A DNA stretch of 64,000 nucleotides from the human T2T-CHM13v2.0 reference genome, Homo sapiens: assembly GCA_009914755.4 (NCBI GenBank), contig CP068257.2, forward strand, positions 1,984,001 through 2,048,000, given 5' to 3'. Position numbers and translations under genes: made by a program. Below, one piece after another: positions 38,901-53,100 of this stretch; within the stretch, counting starts at the first letter, position 1; every line of letters starts with the position of its first letter. The notes beneath the pieces were generated by a model. It was given only the letters and a program-made list of their open reading frames with translations. It had not been told where the DNA came from and did no database searches.

Positions 38901-41900
38901 AGTGGAATGGAATGGAATGGAATGGAGTGGAATAGAATGAAATGGAATGGAGTGTGGTGGAGTGGAATGGAATTGAGTGGAGTTGAAAAGATTTGAATGT
39001 AATGGAATGGAGTGGAGTGGAGCGGTGTCGCGTTGCATATAATGGAATGGAGTGGAGTGATATGGAATGGAATTCAATACAATGGAATGGAATGGAACTT
39101 AGTGGAATGGAATTGAGTGGAATGGAACGGAAGGGAGTATAGTGGAATGGAATTGAACGCAAACGAACGGAAAGGAATGGAATGGAATGGGATGGAAAGG
39201 AATGAAATAGAATGGAGTGTAATGGAGTTGCGTGGAATGGAATGGTATGGAGTTGCGTGGAATGGAATGCAATTTTATGGAATGGAAAGGAATGGAATGG
39301 AAAGGAATTGAAAGGAGTGGAGTGGAGTAGAGTAGAGTGGAATCGAATGAAATGGAATGGAATGGAGTGTAATTTAACATAAAGGAGGGGAGACAAGTGG
39401 CATGGAATACAGTGGAATGGCATGGAATGGAGTGGAGTAGAATGGAATGGAAGGGAATGGAGTGGAGTGGAATCGTATGGAGTGTAATGGAATGGAATGG
39501 AGTGGAATGGAATGGAGTTGAGCGGAGCGGAATCGAGTAGAGGGGAATGGAGTAGAGTGGAATAGAATGGAATGGTGTGTGGTGGAATGGAATGGAATGG
39601 AATGGAATGGAATGGAATGGAATGGAATGGAGTCGAGTGCAATGGAGTGGTTTCGAATGGAAAGGAGTGTACTGGAATGGAATGGAAGGTAATGGAGTGT
39701 AGTGGGGAAGAATGGAGCGGAGTGGAGTGGAATGGAATGGAGTGGAATGGAGTGGAGTGGAATGGAATGGAACGGATTTGAGTTTAATGGAATGGAAGGA
39801 AATGGAATGGAATCGACTTGGGAGAAGGGGAATATGGTGGAATGGAATGGAGTTGAGTGGAATGGAATGGTGTGGAATGGAATGGAATGGAGTGGAGCGG
39901 AATGGAATGCAGTGTATTAGAGTGGAGTGGAATGGAATGGAACGGATTTGAGTGGAATGGAATGGAGTGGAGGTATATAAATTGGTATGCAATGGAATGG
40001 AATGGAATGGAATGGAAAGGAATGGAATGGAATGGAATGGAGGTTAATGGAGTGGAATGGAATGGAATGGAATGGAATGGAATGGAATGGAATGGATTGG
40101 AGTGAAATGGAATGGAATGGGAAGGAGTGCAGTTGAATGGAGTGGAGTGGAGTGGAAAGGAATGGAATGGAATGGAATGGAGGGGACGGAATGGAATGTA
40201 ACGGAATGTAGAAGAGGGGAGTGGAGTGGAATGTAATGGAGTGGAATGTAGTGGAGAGTAGTGATTTGAATGGAATGGGGTGGAATGGAATGGAATGCAG
40301 TCGAAAGGAATGGAGTGGAGTGGAATGGCATGGAATGGAGTAGAATGAAATGGATTAGAATGGAATGGAGTGGAATGGAATGGAACGTATTGTGGAGGAA
40401 TGGAATGGAATGAAATGGAGTGGAATGGAGTGAAATGGAGTGGAATGGTGTGGAGTGGAATGGAATAGATTGGAGTGGATTGGTGTGGAATGGAATTGAA
40501 TGGAGTAGAGTGGAATGGAATGGAGTGGAATGGAGTTGAGTGGAGTGGAATGGAGTGGATTGGAATGGAGTTGAGTGGAGTGGAATGGAATGTAATGGAG
40601 AGGAGCTGAGTTGAGTGGAAAGGGATGGAGTGGAGTGGAATGGAATGGAATGGAATTTTGTTAGAATTCAATGGAATGGAATGTAGTGGAGTGGAATCTG
40701 ATGGAATGGATTGGAATTGAATGGAATGCAATCCAATGGAATGGAGTGGAAAGGAGTGGAGTGGAGTGGAGTGGAGTGGAGTGGAATGGAATGGAGTTAA
40801 GGCAAGTGGAACTGAATGGAATGTAGTAGAGTGGAGTGGATTGCAATGTAATGTAAAGGAATGGTATGCAAATAGTGGAATGGAATGGAATGGAATGGAA
40901 TGAGTGGGGTGGAGTGGAATGCAATTAAGTGGAGTGGAAACGAATAGAATGGAATGGCATGGAATCAAATGGAAGGGAATCGATTGGATTGGATTGGGGT
41001 CCAGTGGAATGGAATGAAATGGAGTGGAGTGAAATGGAATGGAATTCAATGGAATGGAATGGCATGGAATGGATTGGAATGGAAGAGAATGGAATGGAGT
41101 GGAAAGGAATGGAACGGAATGGAGTGGAGTGGAATGGAATGAAATGGAATGGAATGGAGTGGATTGGAATGGAACGGAATGGATCGGAGTGGAATGGAAT
41201 GGAACGGAATGGAACGGAATGGAGTAGTATGGACTGGAATGGACTTGAGTGGAGTTGAATGGAATGGAACAGAATGCAGAGGAGTGCAGAGGAATGCAAT
41301 GGATTGAAATGGAATTTAGAGGAATGCAGTGGAGTGGAGTAGAATGGAAGGGAGTGGAATGGAACGCAGTGGAAAAGAATGTAACAGTGTGGAGGGTTGT
41401 GGAATTTAATGGAGTGGAATGGAATGGAATATAATGGAATGGAGTGGAACAGAATGGAACGGAAAGGAAGGGAGTGGAATGCAATCGAACAGAATGGAAT
41501 GGAGTGGAATGGAATGGAACGGTGTGGAGTAGAACGGAATGGAGTGGAATAGAATTTAGTGGAATGGAATGGACTGGATTGGAGTGGAATAGAATGGAAC
41601 AGGGTATAGTGGAGTGGAACTGAATAGAGTGGAATTGAATGGAGTGGAGTGGAGTGGATTGCATTGGAATGGAATGGAATGGAGTGTAATGGAATGGAAT
41701 CGAATGGAACGGAATGGGTTGGAGTGTAATGGAATGCAGTGGGATGGCATAGAGTGGAATGGAATGGAGTGGAGTGGAGTGGAGTGGAGTGGAATACAAT
41801 AGAGTGGAATGGAGTGGAGTGGAGTGGAATGGAATGGAAAGGAATGGAATCGAATGGAATGGAATGGAGTGGAATGGAATAGAATGGGATGGAATGGAAC

Positions 41901-44439
41901 GGAATGGAGGGGAGTGCAATGGAATTATGTGGAGTGGAGTGGAATTTAGTGGAATGGAATGGACTGCAATGGAATGGAATTGAGCGGAGTGGAATGGAAT
42001 GGAATGGAATGAAATGGAATGGAATGGAATGGAATGCAATGGAATGGAATCAAATGGAATGGAATGGAATGGAGTTAAATGGAATGGAATGGAAAGGAAT
42101 GGAATGGAACGGAATAGAGTGCAGTGCAGTGGAGTGGAAAGGAATGGATTGGAGTGTAATGGAGTGGAATGGATTTAGTGGAGTGGAGAGCAGAGGACTG
42201 GGCAAGAGTGGATTGGAGTTGAGTGGAAAGGAATAGAGTGTAGCGGAATGGAATTAAATGGAGGGTAATAGAGTGGAGTGCTATTCAAAGGAGTGGATTG
42301 GAGTGCAGTTCAATGGAATGGAGTGGAATGGAAAAGAATGTAATGGAACACAATGGAGTGGAGTGGAATGGAATAGAGTGGAATGAATTAGAGAGGAGTG
42401 GAACAGAGTGGAGAGCAGTGGAACAGAATGGAATATAGTGGAATGGAATGGTTTGGAATGAAATGGAGTGTATTGGAATGGATTAGATTGCAATGGAGGG
42501 GAATGGAATGACATTGAATTTAATGGAATGCAATGGAATTGAAAAGAAAGGAGTGGAATGGAGTGGAATGGAATGGAATGGAATGGAACTGAATGGAATG
42601 GAATTGAACGGAGTGTAATGGATTGGAGTGGAATGGAAAGGAGTGGAGCAAAGTGTAGTGGAATGGAATGGAATGCAATAGATTGGATTGGAATGGAGGG
42701 GAGTGGAATGGAATGGAGAGGAGTGGAGTGGAATGTAAAAAAGGAATGGAATGGAGTGGAGTGTGATGGATTGGAGTCGAGTGGAATGTAATAGAATGGA
42801 GTGGTGTGGAGTGGTTTGGAGTGGATTTGAATGTAGTGCTGTGGAATAGAATGGAGTGCAGAGCAGTTTAGTGGAAATGAATGGATTCGAGTGGATTGGA
42901 ATGCAGCAAAATTGGGAGAAGTGGAATGGAATGGAGTGGAGAGGTATGGGAGGGAATGGAGTGGAATAGAGTGGGAGGGAATGGAGTGGATTGGAGAGTG
43001 GTGGAATGAGTAGGAGTGGAGTGGAATGGAATGGACAGGAGTGGTGTGGAGTGGAATGGAATGGAGTAGAAAGGAAAGGACTGGAGAGGAATGGAATGGA
43101 ATGGAGTGGAGTGGAATGGAGGGGAATGGAGTGGAGTGGAACGGATTGGAAAGGAATAGAGTGGAGTGGAATAGAGTGGAGTGGAATGGAATTTAGTAGT
43201 ATGGAGTGGAGTGGAGTGGAGTGGAGTGGAATGGAATGGAATACAATGGAGTGCAATGGAGTGGAGTGGAGTGGAGTGGAATGGAGTGGAATGGTGTGGA
43301 ATGGACTGGAATAGAATTTAATGGAATGGAATGGAGTGGAGCCGAGTGGAGTGGAGTGGAGTGGAATAGATTGGAATGGACTGGAATATAATTTAATGGA
43401 ATGGAATGGAGTGGAGCAGAGTGGAGTGGAGTGGAGTGGAATAGAGTGTAGTGTAGTGGAAAGGAATGGATTGGAATGGAATGGAATGGAATGGATTTAA
43501 ACGGAATGGAGTGGAATGGAATGGATTAGAATGGAATGGAGTGCAGTGGATTTGAATAGAATGGAATGGAATGAAGTGGAAGGGAATAGAATGGAATGGA
43601 ATGGAGTGGATTGGAATGCAATGGAATGGAATGGAGAGGAATGGAATGGAGAGGAGTGGATAGGAGTGGAGTGGAATAGAACGGAGGGGATTAGAGTGGA
43701 ATGGAGTGGAGTGGACTGGAATGGAATGGAGTGAAGTGGAATGGAGTGGAATGGAATGGAGTGGAATGCAGTGGAGTAGAGTTTAGTGTACTGGAATGGA
43801 ATGGAATGGATTAGAGTGTAGTGGAGTGAGTGGAGTGGAGTGGAGTGGAATGGAATGGAATGGAAGGAATGGAATGGAATGGAATGGATTGGAGTGGAAA
43901 GAAGTGGAGTGGAATGGAATGGAATGGAATGGAGTGGAATGTAATGGAAGGGAATGGAATGTAATCGAGTGGAGTGGAATGGAATGGAATGGATTCGAAT
44001 GTAATGTAATGGAGTGGAGAAGAGTGGAGTGGAGTGGAATGGCATGGAATGGAATTTAATTGAATGGAATGGAGTGGAGTGGAGTGGAATGGAGTGGAGT
44101 GGAGTGGAATGGAATTGAGTGGAATGGTATCGATTGGAATTGAATGGGGTGGAGTGGAGTGGAGTGAAAAGGGGTAGGATGTAATGGAGTGGAGTGGAGT
44201 AGAGAAGATTGGAGTGGAGAGGACTCGCATGGAATGGAATGGAGTTAAATGGAATGGAGTGAAATGGAACCGAATGGAATGGAATGGAATAGAATGGAGT
44301 GAAGTGGAGTGGAATGGAATGTAATGGAATGGATTGGAATGGAAGGAATGGAGTTGAGTGGAGTTGAATGGAATGGAGTGGAGTGGAGTGGAAATGAGTA
44401 GAGTTGAGTGGAATTGAGTGACATGAAGTGGAGGGGAGT

Positions 44440-47400
44440 GGAGTTTATTGAGGTGGAATTCAGTGGAACATAATGGAAGAAAATGAATTGAATGGAATGG
44501 AGTTAAATGAAATGGAGTGTAATGGAATGGAGTGGAATGGAATGGATTGCAGTGGCATGGAATGGAATGGAGTGGATTTTAATGGAATGAAATGGAATGG
44601 AATGGAATGGAATGGGGTGGAGTGGAGCCGAGTGGAAAGGAATGGAGTATAGTCTTGCCGAGTTGAGTGAAGTGAAGTGGAGTGGAGTGGAATGGAATGG
44701 AATGAAGTGGAGTGCACTGGAGTGGAGTGGAATGGAATTGAGTGGAATTGAGTGGAATGATATGGAATGGAATGGAGTGGAATAGAGTGGAGTGGAATGG
44801 GATGGGATGTAATGGAGTGGAGTGATGTGCAGAAGAGTGGAGTGGAGAGGAATTGCATGGAATGGAATGGAATGAAATGGAGTTAAATGGGATGGAGTGG
44901 AACGGTATGGAGTGGAATTGAATGAAACGAAATGGAGTGGAGTGGAATGGAATGGAATGGAATATATTGGAATGGAGTTGAGTGGAGTTGAATGGAATGG
45001 AGTGGAGTGGAGTGAAACAGTGTGGGGTGGAATGGAGTGGAGTGGAGTAGAGAGAAGTGGAATGGAATGCAGTAGAGTGGAATGGAATGGAGTGGAGTGG
45101 AGTGGAATTCAGTGGAATGAAGTGGAGTGGATTTCAGTGAGGTGGAGTCAAGTGGAAGAGAATGGAATGGAAAGGAATGGAATGGAATGGAATCGAATGG
45201 AATGGAACGGAATGGAGTTAAATGAAATGGAGTGGAATGGAATGGAGTGGAACGGAATGGAGTGCAGTGGCATGGAATGGAATGGAGTGGAGTGGAATGG
45301 AATGAAAGTGGATGGAATGGAATGGGGTGGATTGGAGTAGAGTGGAATAAAATGGAGTAGAGTCTTGTAGAGTTGATTGAAGTGGAGTGGAATGGAGTGG
45401 GAAGGAATGGAATGGAGTGGGGTGGAGAGGATTGGAGTGGAATGGAATGGAGTGTAGTGAAATGGAGTGGAGTCAAGAGGAATGGAAAGGTATGGAGTGA
45501 AGAGGAATGAAAGGGAATGGAGTGGAATGGAGTGGATTGGAATGGAGATGAATGGACTGGGGGGAATGGAGTGAAGTGGAGAGGATTGGAATGGAGTGGA
45601 GTGGAATGGAATGGAGTGGAATGGATTGGAATTTAGTGGAGTGGATTGGAATGAAATGGAATGGAATGGAGCGGAGTGGATTAGACTAGAGTGGAATGGA
45701 ATGAAGAGGAGCAGAGTGGAGTGAAGTGGAGTGGATGGTAATGGGATGGAATGGAATGGAGTTTAGTGGAGTGGAGAAGAATGGAATGAAGTGGAATGGT
45801 GTGGAGTGAAGGGGAGTGCAGTGGAGTGGAATCGAGTGGAATGGAATGGAGTCGGGTGAAGTGAAATAAAATGGAATGGGGTGGAATGGAGTGGAATGGA
45901 ATGGAATGGAATGCAATGGATTGGAATGTAGAGGAGTTTAGAGCAGTAGAGTGGAGTGGAATGGAATGGAATTGAATGGAGTAGAGGGGAGTGGTGTGGA
46001 GTTGAGTTTAGTGTAGTGGAATGGAGAGGAGTGGGGAAACGTGGAGTTGAGTGGAGTGGAGTGGAATGCAACGGAGTGTAATGGAATGGAAGGGAATGGA
46101 GTGGAGTGGAATGGAATGGAATGGAATGGAATGGAATGGAACGGAACGGAATGGATTGGAGTGGAATGGAGTTTAGTGTAGTGGAATGGAATTGAGTGAA
46201 TGGAATGGAATGGAGTGGAGTGGAGTGGAATGGAATGGAATTGAGAAGAAAGGTATGGAATGGAATGCAGTGGAGTGGAGTGGAATGGGATGGGATGGAA
46301 TGGAGTGGAATGCAGTGGAGAAAATTGGAGTGGGGTGGAATGGCATGGAATGGAATGTAAAGGAATGGAGATAAATGGAATGGAGTGGAATGGAATGGAG
46401 TGTAGTGGAATGGAAAGGAATGGAGTCGAGTGGAAAGGAATGGAATGGAATGGAGTGGAGAGGAGATGAATGGATTGGAGTGGAGTGGAGTGGAGTGAAG
46501 CAGAGTGCTGTGAAATGGAGAGAAGTGGAGTGGAGTGGAGAAGAATGGAATGGAGTGGAGTGGAGTGGAAATGAATGGAGTGAAGAGGACTGGAATGGAG
46601 TTTAGTGACTTGGAGTTGCGTGGAACTGAATGGAATGGAAAGGAATGGAATGGAGTAGAATGGAGTGGAATAGAATGGAATGGATTTAAATGGAATGGAG
46701 TTGAATCGAATGCAGTGGAACAGAATGGAGTGCAGTGGCATGGAATGGAATGTAGTGCAGTGGAACGGAATGAAAACGGATGGAATGGAATGGAGTGGAG
46801 TGGAGTAGAGTGGAATGGAAAGGAGTGGAGTCTTGTGGATTTGAGTGAAGTGGAGTGGAATGGAGTGGAATGGAATGGAATGGTGTGGGGCAGAAGGAGT
46901 GAAGTGGAAAGGAATGGAGTGGAGTGGAGTGAAATGGATTGGAGCCGAGAAGAATGGAAAGGAGTGGAGTAAAGTGGAAGAAAATTGAATGGAGTGGAAT
47001 GGAGTGGATTGGAATCGAGTGGAATGGACCGGAGTGGAATGGAATGAAGTGGAGAGGATTGGAATGGAATGGAATGTAGTGGAGTGGATTGGAATGAAAT
47101 GGAATTGAATGGATTGGAGTGGAGTGGAGAGGACTGGAATGGAATGGAATGGAGTGGAGTGGAGAGGAGTGAAGTGGAGTGGAGGATAGTGGGATGGAAT
47201 GGAATGGAGTTTAGTGGAGTGGAGAAGAATGGAATGGAGTGCACTGGAGTGGAATGGAGAGGAGTGAAGTGGAAAGGAGTGAAGTGGAGTGGAGTGAATT
47301 GGAGTGGAGTTGAGTGGAATCGAGTGGAATGGAATGGAGTGGAGTGAAGAGGAATAAAATGGAATGGAGTGGAATGGAGTGGAATGGAATGGAACGGAGA

Positions 47401-50110
47401 GGAGTTTAGAGCAGTGGAGTGGAGTGGATTGGAATGGAATCGAATTGAATGGAGTGGAGGGGAGTGCCATGGACTTGAGTTTAGTGTAGTGGAATGGAGT
47501 GGAGTGGGGTAGCGTGGAGTTGAGTGGAGTGAAGTGGAATGGAATGGAGTATAACGGAGTGGAGTGGAATGGAGTGCATTGGAGTGGAATGGAATGGAAT
47601 CGAATCGAATCAAATGGAGTGGAAAGGAATGGAATTTAGTGGATTGGAAAGGAATTGAGTGGAATGGTATGGAATGGAATGGAATGGAGTAGAGTGGAGT
47701 GGAGTCGAATGGAAATGAGTGGAATGGTGTGGAATGGAATTGAATGGAGTGGAGTAGAGTGGAATGGAGTGGAACGGGATGGGATGCAATGGAGTAGAGT
47801 GCAGTGGAGAATATTGGAGTGCAGTGGAATGGCATGGAATGGAATGGAATGGAATGTAAAGGAACTGAGTTAAATGGAATGGAGTGGAATGGAATGGAGT
47901 GCAATGGAATGGGGTGGAGTGGAGTGGAAAGGAATGGAGTGGAGTGGAATGGAAGGGAATGGAATGGAGTGGAGTGGAGTTGAATGGATTGGAGTGGCGT
48001 GGAATGGAATGCAATGAAGCGGAGTGGTGTTGAATGGAGAGCAGTGGAGTGTAGTGGAGTGGAATGGAATGCAGTAGAGTGGAAAGGAATGGAGTGGAGT
48101 TGAAAGGATCGGAGTGGAGAGGAGTAGAATTGAGTGGAGTGAAGAGGAGTGGACTGGAGTTTAGTGGCGTGGAGTCGCGTGGAACAGAATGGAACGGAAA
48201 GGAATGGAATGGAGTAGAATGGAGTGGAATGGAATGGAATGGAGTTAAATGGAATGGAGTTGAACGGAATGGAGTAGAATGGAATGGAGTGAGGGGGAAT
48301 GGAATGGAATGTAGTGGAGTGGAATGGAATTGAATCAGATGGAATGGAATGAGGTGGAGTGGAGCCGAGTGGAATGGAATTGAGGGGAGTCTTGTGGAGT
48401 GGAGTGATGTGGAGTGGATTGGAGTGGAAAGGAATAGAATAGAGTGGAGCGGAGTGGAGTGGAGTGGAATGGAATGGAGTGGAGTGGAGTGAAATGGAGT
48501 GGGGTTAAGGGGAATGGAAAGGAGTGGATTGAATTGGAATGAAATGGATTGGAGTGGTATGGAGTGGACTGGAATGGACTGGAAGGGACTGGAGTGGAAA
48601 GGAATGAAGTGGAGAGGATTGGAATGGAATGGAATGGAATGGAGTGCAGTGGAGTGGAAGGGAATAGGGTGGAATGACATAGTGCAGAAAGAGTGGAGGA
48701 GAATGGAAAGGAAGGTAATGGAGTTGAGTGGAAGAAAGTGAAATATTGTGGAGGGGAATGGAGTGGAATGGAGTGAAAAGGAGTGGAATTTAATGGAATG
48801 GAATAGAATGGAAAGTAGTGGTGTGGAGTGGAGTGGAGTGGATTAGAGTGGTGTGGAAAGGAATGTAATGAAATGGAATGGAAAGGATTGGAATGGAACT
48901 GAATGGAATGGAACGGAATGCAATGGAATTAAATGAAATAGAATGGAATGGATTGGTTTGGAGTGGAATGAAGTGGAATGGAATGGAGTGTAGTGGAATT
49001 GAATGGAATGGAGTGGTGCAGAAAGGAATTGAATGGAATGGAATGCAATGGAATGGAGTAGAGTGGAATGGAACTGAAAGGAGTTAAGTGAATGGAATGG
49101 AGTGGATAGTAGAGGAGTGGTGTGGAGTGGACTGGAGTGGAGTGGATTTGAGTAGAGTGGAATGGAGAGGAATGGAGTGGAATGGAATGGAATGGCGTTG
49201 AGTGGAGTGGAATGGAGTGCAGTGGAGAGGAATGGAAAGCACTGAATTGGGGAAGAGTGGAATGGAATGGAATGTGGTTTGAAAAGGAATGAAATGGAAT
49301 TGAGTGCAGTGGAGTGTAATGGGGTGGAATGGAATGGAGAGGAATGGAGTGGAGTCGAGTGAAGTGTATTGGAATGGAATGGAATGTAGTGGAGAGAAGT
49401 GGACTAAAGTGGAGTGGTCGGAATGGAATGGAATGCAGTGGAATGGAATGCAATGGAATGGAATGTAGTGGAGTGGAGTGGAATGGAGTGTAATGGAGTG
49501 GAATGGAATTGAGAGGAACGGTATGGAACGGAATGGAGTGGACTGGAGTGGAGTAGAGTGGAGTGGAGTGGAAAGGAATGAGATGGAGTAGATTGCAATG
49601 GAATGGAGTGGAATGGAATGCCGTTAAACGGAATGGAGTGGAATAGAATGGAGTGGAGGGGAATGGAACGGAATGGAGTGGAATGGAATGAAATGGGATG
49701 GAATGGAATGGAATGGAATGGAGTGGAGTGGAGTGGAGTTGAATGGAATGGAGTGGAGTGGAGTGGAGAGGAGTGAAGCGGAGTGGAGTGGAGTGGAATG
49801 GAATGAAGTGTAGTGGAGTGGAGTGGATTGGAGTGGAAATGAGTGGAGTGAAGTGGAGTGGAGTTTATTGAGCTGGAGTCGAGTGGAACAGAATGGAATG
49901 GAATGAATGGAATGAAATGGAATGGAAGAGACGGAAGTTAAAAGGAATGGAGTGGAATGGAATGGAGGGCAGTGGCATGGAATGGAATGGACTGGAGTGG
50001 AATGGAATGAAAAGGAATGGAATGGAATGGAGGGGAGAGGAATCGAGAGGAATGCAATGGAGTATAGTCTTGTGGAGTGGAGTGGAGTAGAGTGGAATGG
50101 AATGGAGTGG
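44440..50110 (+). repeat. Higher-order repeat structure with a roughly 5.4-kb super-period and a roughly 1.45 to 1.55-kb sub-period.
   Basis: ggagtttattgag(g/c)tgga...(about 200 bp)...agtatagtcttg(c/t)(c/g)gag is found at 44445/44653 and again at 49866/50066. The agtcttg motif is also at about 45360, 46830 and 48390. ggatggaatggaatggagtttagtggagtggagaagaatggaatg occurs at 45745 and 47195. gaggagtttagagcagt(a/g)gagtggagtgga occurs at 45930 and 47400. ggagtttagtg(a/g)c(t/g)tggagt(t/c)gcgtggaac(t/a)gaatggaa occurs at 46600 and 48150. Confidence 0.65.
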
Positions 50111-53100
50111 AGTGCAGTGGAATGCAGTGAAGTCGTGAGGAATGGAACGGAGTTGAGTGAAGTGGAATAAAATGGAGTGGATTTTAATTGAGTGGAATGG
50201 AATGGAGTGGAATGGAGAGAACTGGAGTGGATTGGAATGGAATGGAATGGAGTGGAGTGCAGTGGAATGGAACGGGGTGGAATGGAATAGAGTGGAAGGA
50301 GTGGATTGGAATGGAAAGGAATGTAATGGAGTTGAGCGGAATAAAGCGGAATATTGTGAATTGGATTGGAGTGGAATGGAGTGGAATGGAATGGAATTGA
50401 GTGGAATGAGGTTAAAAGGAGTGGAATATAATAGAATGGAACAGAATGTAAGGTAGTGGCATGGAGTGAAGTGGAGTGGATTGCAGTGCTGTAGAATGGA
50501 ATGCAATGGAAAGGAAAGGAATGGAATGGAATGGAATGGACTGAAATGAAATGGAATGCAATGGAATGGAGTGGAGTGGAATGAAGTGGAATGGAATGGA
50601 GTCGAGTGGAATGGAATGTCATGGAGTGGACTGGAATGGAATGGAATGGAATGCAAAGGAATAGAATACAGTAGAGTTGAATGGAACTGAAAGGAGATAA
50701 GTGAAATAGAGTGGAGTAGAGTCGAGTGGAGAGGAGTGGAGTGGAGAGGAGTGCAGTGGGGTGGAGTGGAATGGAGTGGATGGAGTGGAAAGGAATGGAA
50801 AGCAGTACAGTGGAATGGAATGGAGTGGAGTGGAATTGAGTACAGTGGAATGGAGTGGAGTGGAGAGGAATGCAGTGGATTGGATTGGAGGAGAGTGGAA
50901 TAGAATGGAATGTAGAGGAGTGGAATGGAAGGAAATGGAATTGAATGTGGTGGAGTGGAATGGGGTGGAATGGAGTGGAGTTGAGTGAATGGGATGTAAT
51001 GGAAAGGAATGGAATGGAATGGGATGGAATGGAAAGGAATGGAATGGAATGCAATGGAATGGAATGGAATGGAGTGGAATGGAATGGAGTGGAACAAAAT
51101 GGAGAGGAGAGGAAAGGAATAGAATTAAGTGTAGTAGAATGGAAAGAAATGGAATGGCATGGAGTGGACTGGAGTGGAGTGGAAGGTAATGGAGTGGAGT
51201 AGAGTGGAGTGAAGTGTAGAGAAGTGGAGCGGAATGGAATGGAATAGAGTGGAGTGGAGTGGAATAGAATGGAGTGGAGCAAAGTTGAATGGAGAGGAGT
51301 GAAGTGGAGTGGAGTGGAGTCAAGTGTAATGGAATGGATTTGAGTGAAGTTGATTAAATTGGAAAGGAGTGGAATGGAGTGGATAGGAATGGAGTGGAAT
51401 GGAGCGAAGTTTAGAGGACTGGAGTGGAGTGGATTGGAGTGGAATGGAATGGAATGGATTGGAGTGGAGTGGAGTGGCATGGAGTTGAGTAGAGTGGTGT
51501 GAAATGGTGTGGTTTCGATTGTGGTGGAATGGAATTTCATGGAGAGGAATGGAATGGATTTGAAGGCAAAGAAATGGAATGGAATGCAATGGAATGGAAT
51601 GGAGTGGTATAGAATGGAGTGCAATGGAATGGAGGGGAAAGGAGTGAAGTGGAGTGAAATGGAATGGAATGGAATGGAGTGGAATAGATTGGAATGGAAA
51701 GGAATGGATTGGGGTAGAATGGAGTGGAATGGAATGGAATGGAATGGAATGGAATGGAATGGAATGGAACGGAATGGAATGGAGCGGAGTGGAGAGGAAT
51801 GGAACTCGGTGGAATGGATTGGAATGCAGTGGATTGGAATGGAATGGAATGGAATGGAATTGAATGGAATCGAATAGAATAGAATAGAAAGGAATGGAAT
51901 GGAATAGATGGTAGTGGAGTGGAATGTAATGGAGTGGAGTGGACTGGAATGTAGTGGAGTGGAATAGAATGGAGTGGAGAGGAGTGCAGTGCAGTGGAAT
52001 GGAATGGAATAGAATGGAAAGGAATGGAATAGAATGGAATGGAATAGAATAGAATGAAATGGAGTGGAATCAAATGGAGTGGAAGGGAATTTAGAGGAGT
52101 GGAATGGAATGGAGTGGAGTGGAGTGGAATGGAATAAAATGGAATGGAACGGACTGGAGTGGAGTGGCGTGGAATGTAATGGAGTGGAGTAGAGTGGAGT
52201 GAAGTGTAAGGGAGTGGAGTGGAATGGAAAGGAACTGAGTGGAATGGAGTGGATTGGAATTGAATGGAGTGGAGTAGAGGGGAATGGAGTGGAGTGAAGT
52301 GGAGTGGAGTGGATTCGAGTCAAGTGGAAGAGAATTGAGATGAGGGAAGTTGAATAAAATAGAAAGGAGTGGAATGGAGAGGAATGGAAAGGAGTGGAAT
52401 GGAGAGGAATTTAGAGGACTGGAGTGGAGTGGATTAGAGTGGAATGGAATGGATTGGAATGTAGTGGAGTGGAGTGGCGCAGAATTGTATGGAGTGGAGT
52501 GGAATGGAGTCTTTGGGATTTTGGTGGAATGGAAGGTATTTTTAGTGGAATGGAGTGGAATGGAATGGAATGGAGTGGAATGGAATGGAATGGAATGGAA
52601 AGTAATGGAATGGAATGAAATGAAATGGAATGGAATGGAATTTAAAGGAAAGGAGTGGAATGGAATGGAGTAGAATGGAGTGAAGAGGAATGCAGTGGAG
52701 TGTAGTGGAAAGCAATCGAGTGGAAAAGAATGGAATGGAGTGGAATAGATTGGAATGGAATGGAATGGAGTGTGGTGGAATGGAGTGTAATGAAGCAGAA
52801 TGAATGGAATGGATTGGAATGGAATGGAATTGAAGGGAATGAAATGGAGTGGAATGGTGTGGAAGGGAATGGAATAGGGTGGAATGGATTAGAATGGGGT
52901 GGATTGTAGTGGAATGGAATTGAATGGAGTGGAGTGGAATGGAATGAAATAGAATGGAATTGAATGGAATGGAATGGAAAGGAATGGAATGTAAAAGAAT
53001 GGAATGGAAAGGAATGTAATGGAATGTAGTGGAGTGGATTGGAATGGAGTGTCGTGGAATGGAATGGAGTGGTGTGGAATTGAATGGAGTGGAGTGGAGT

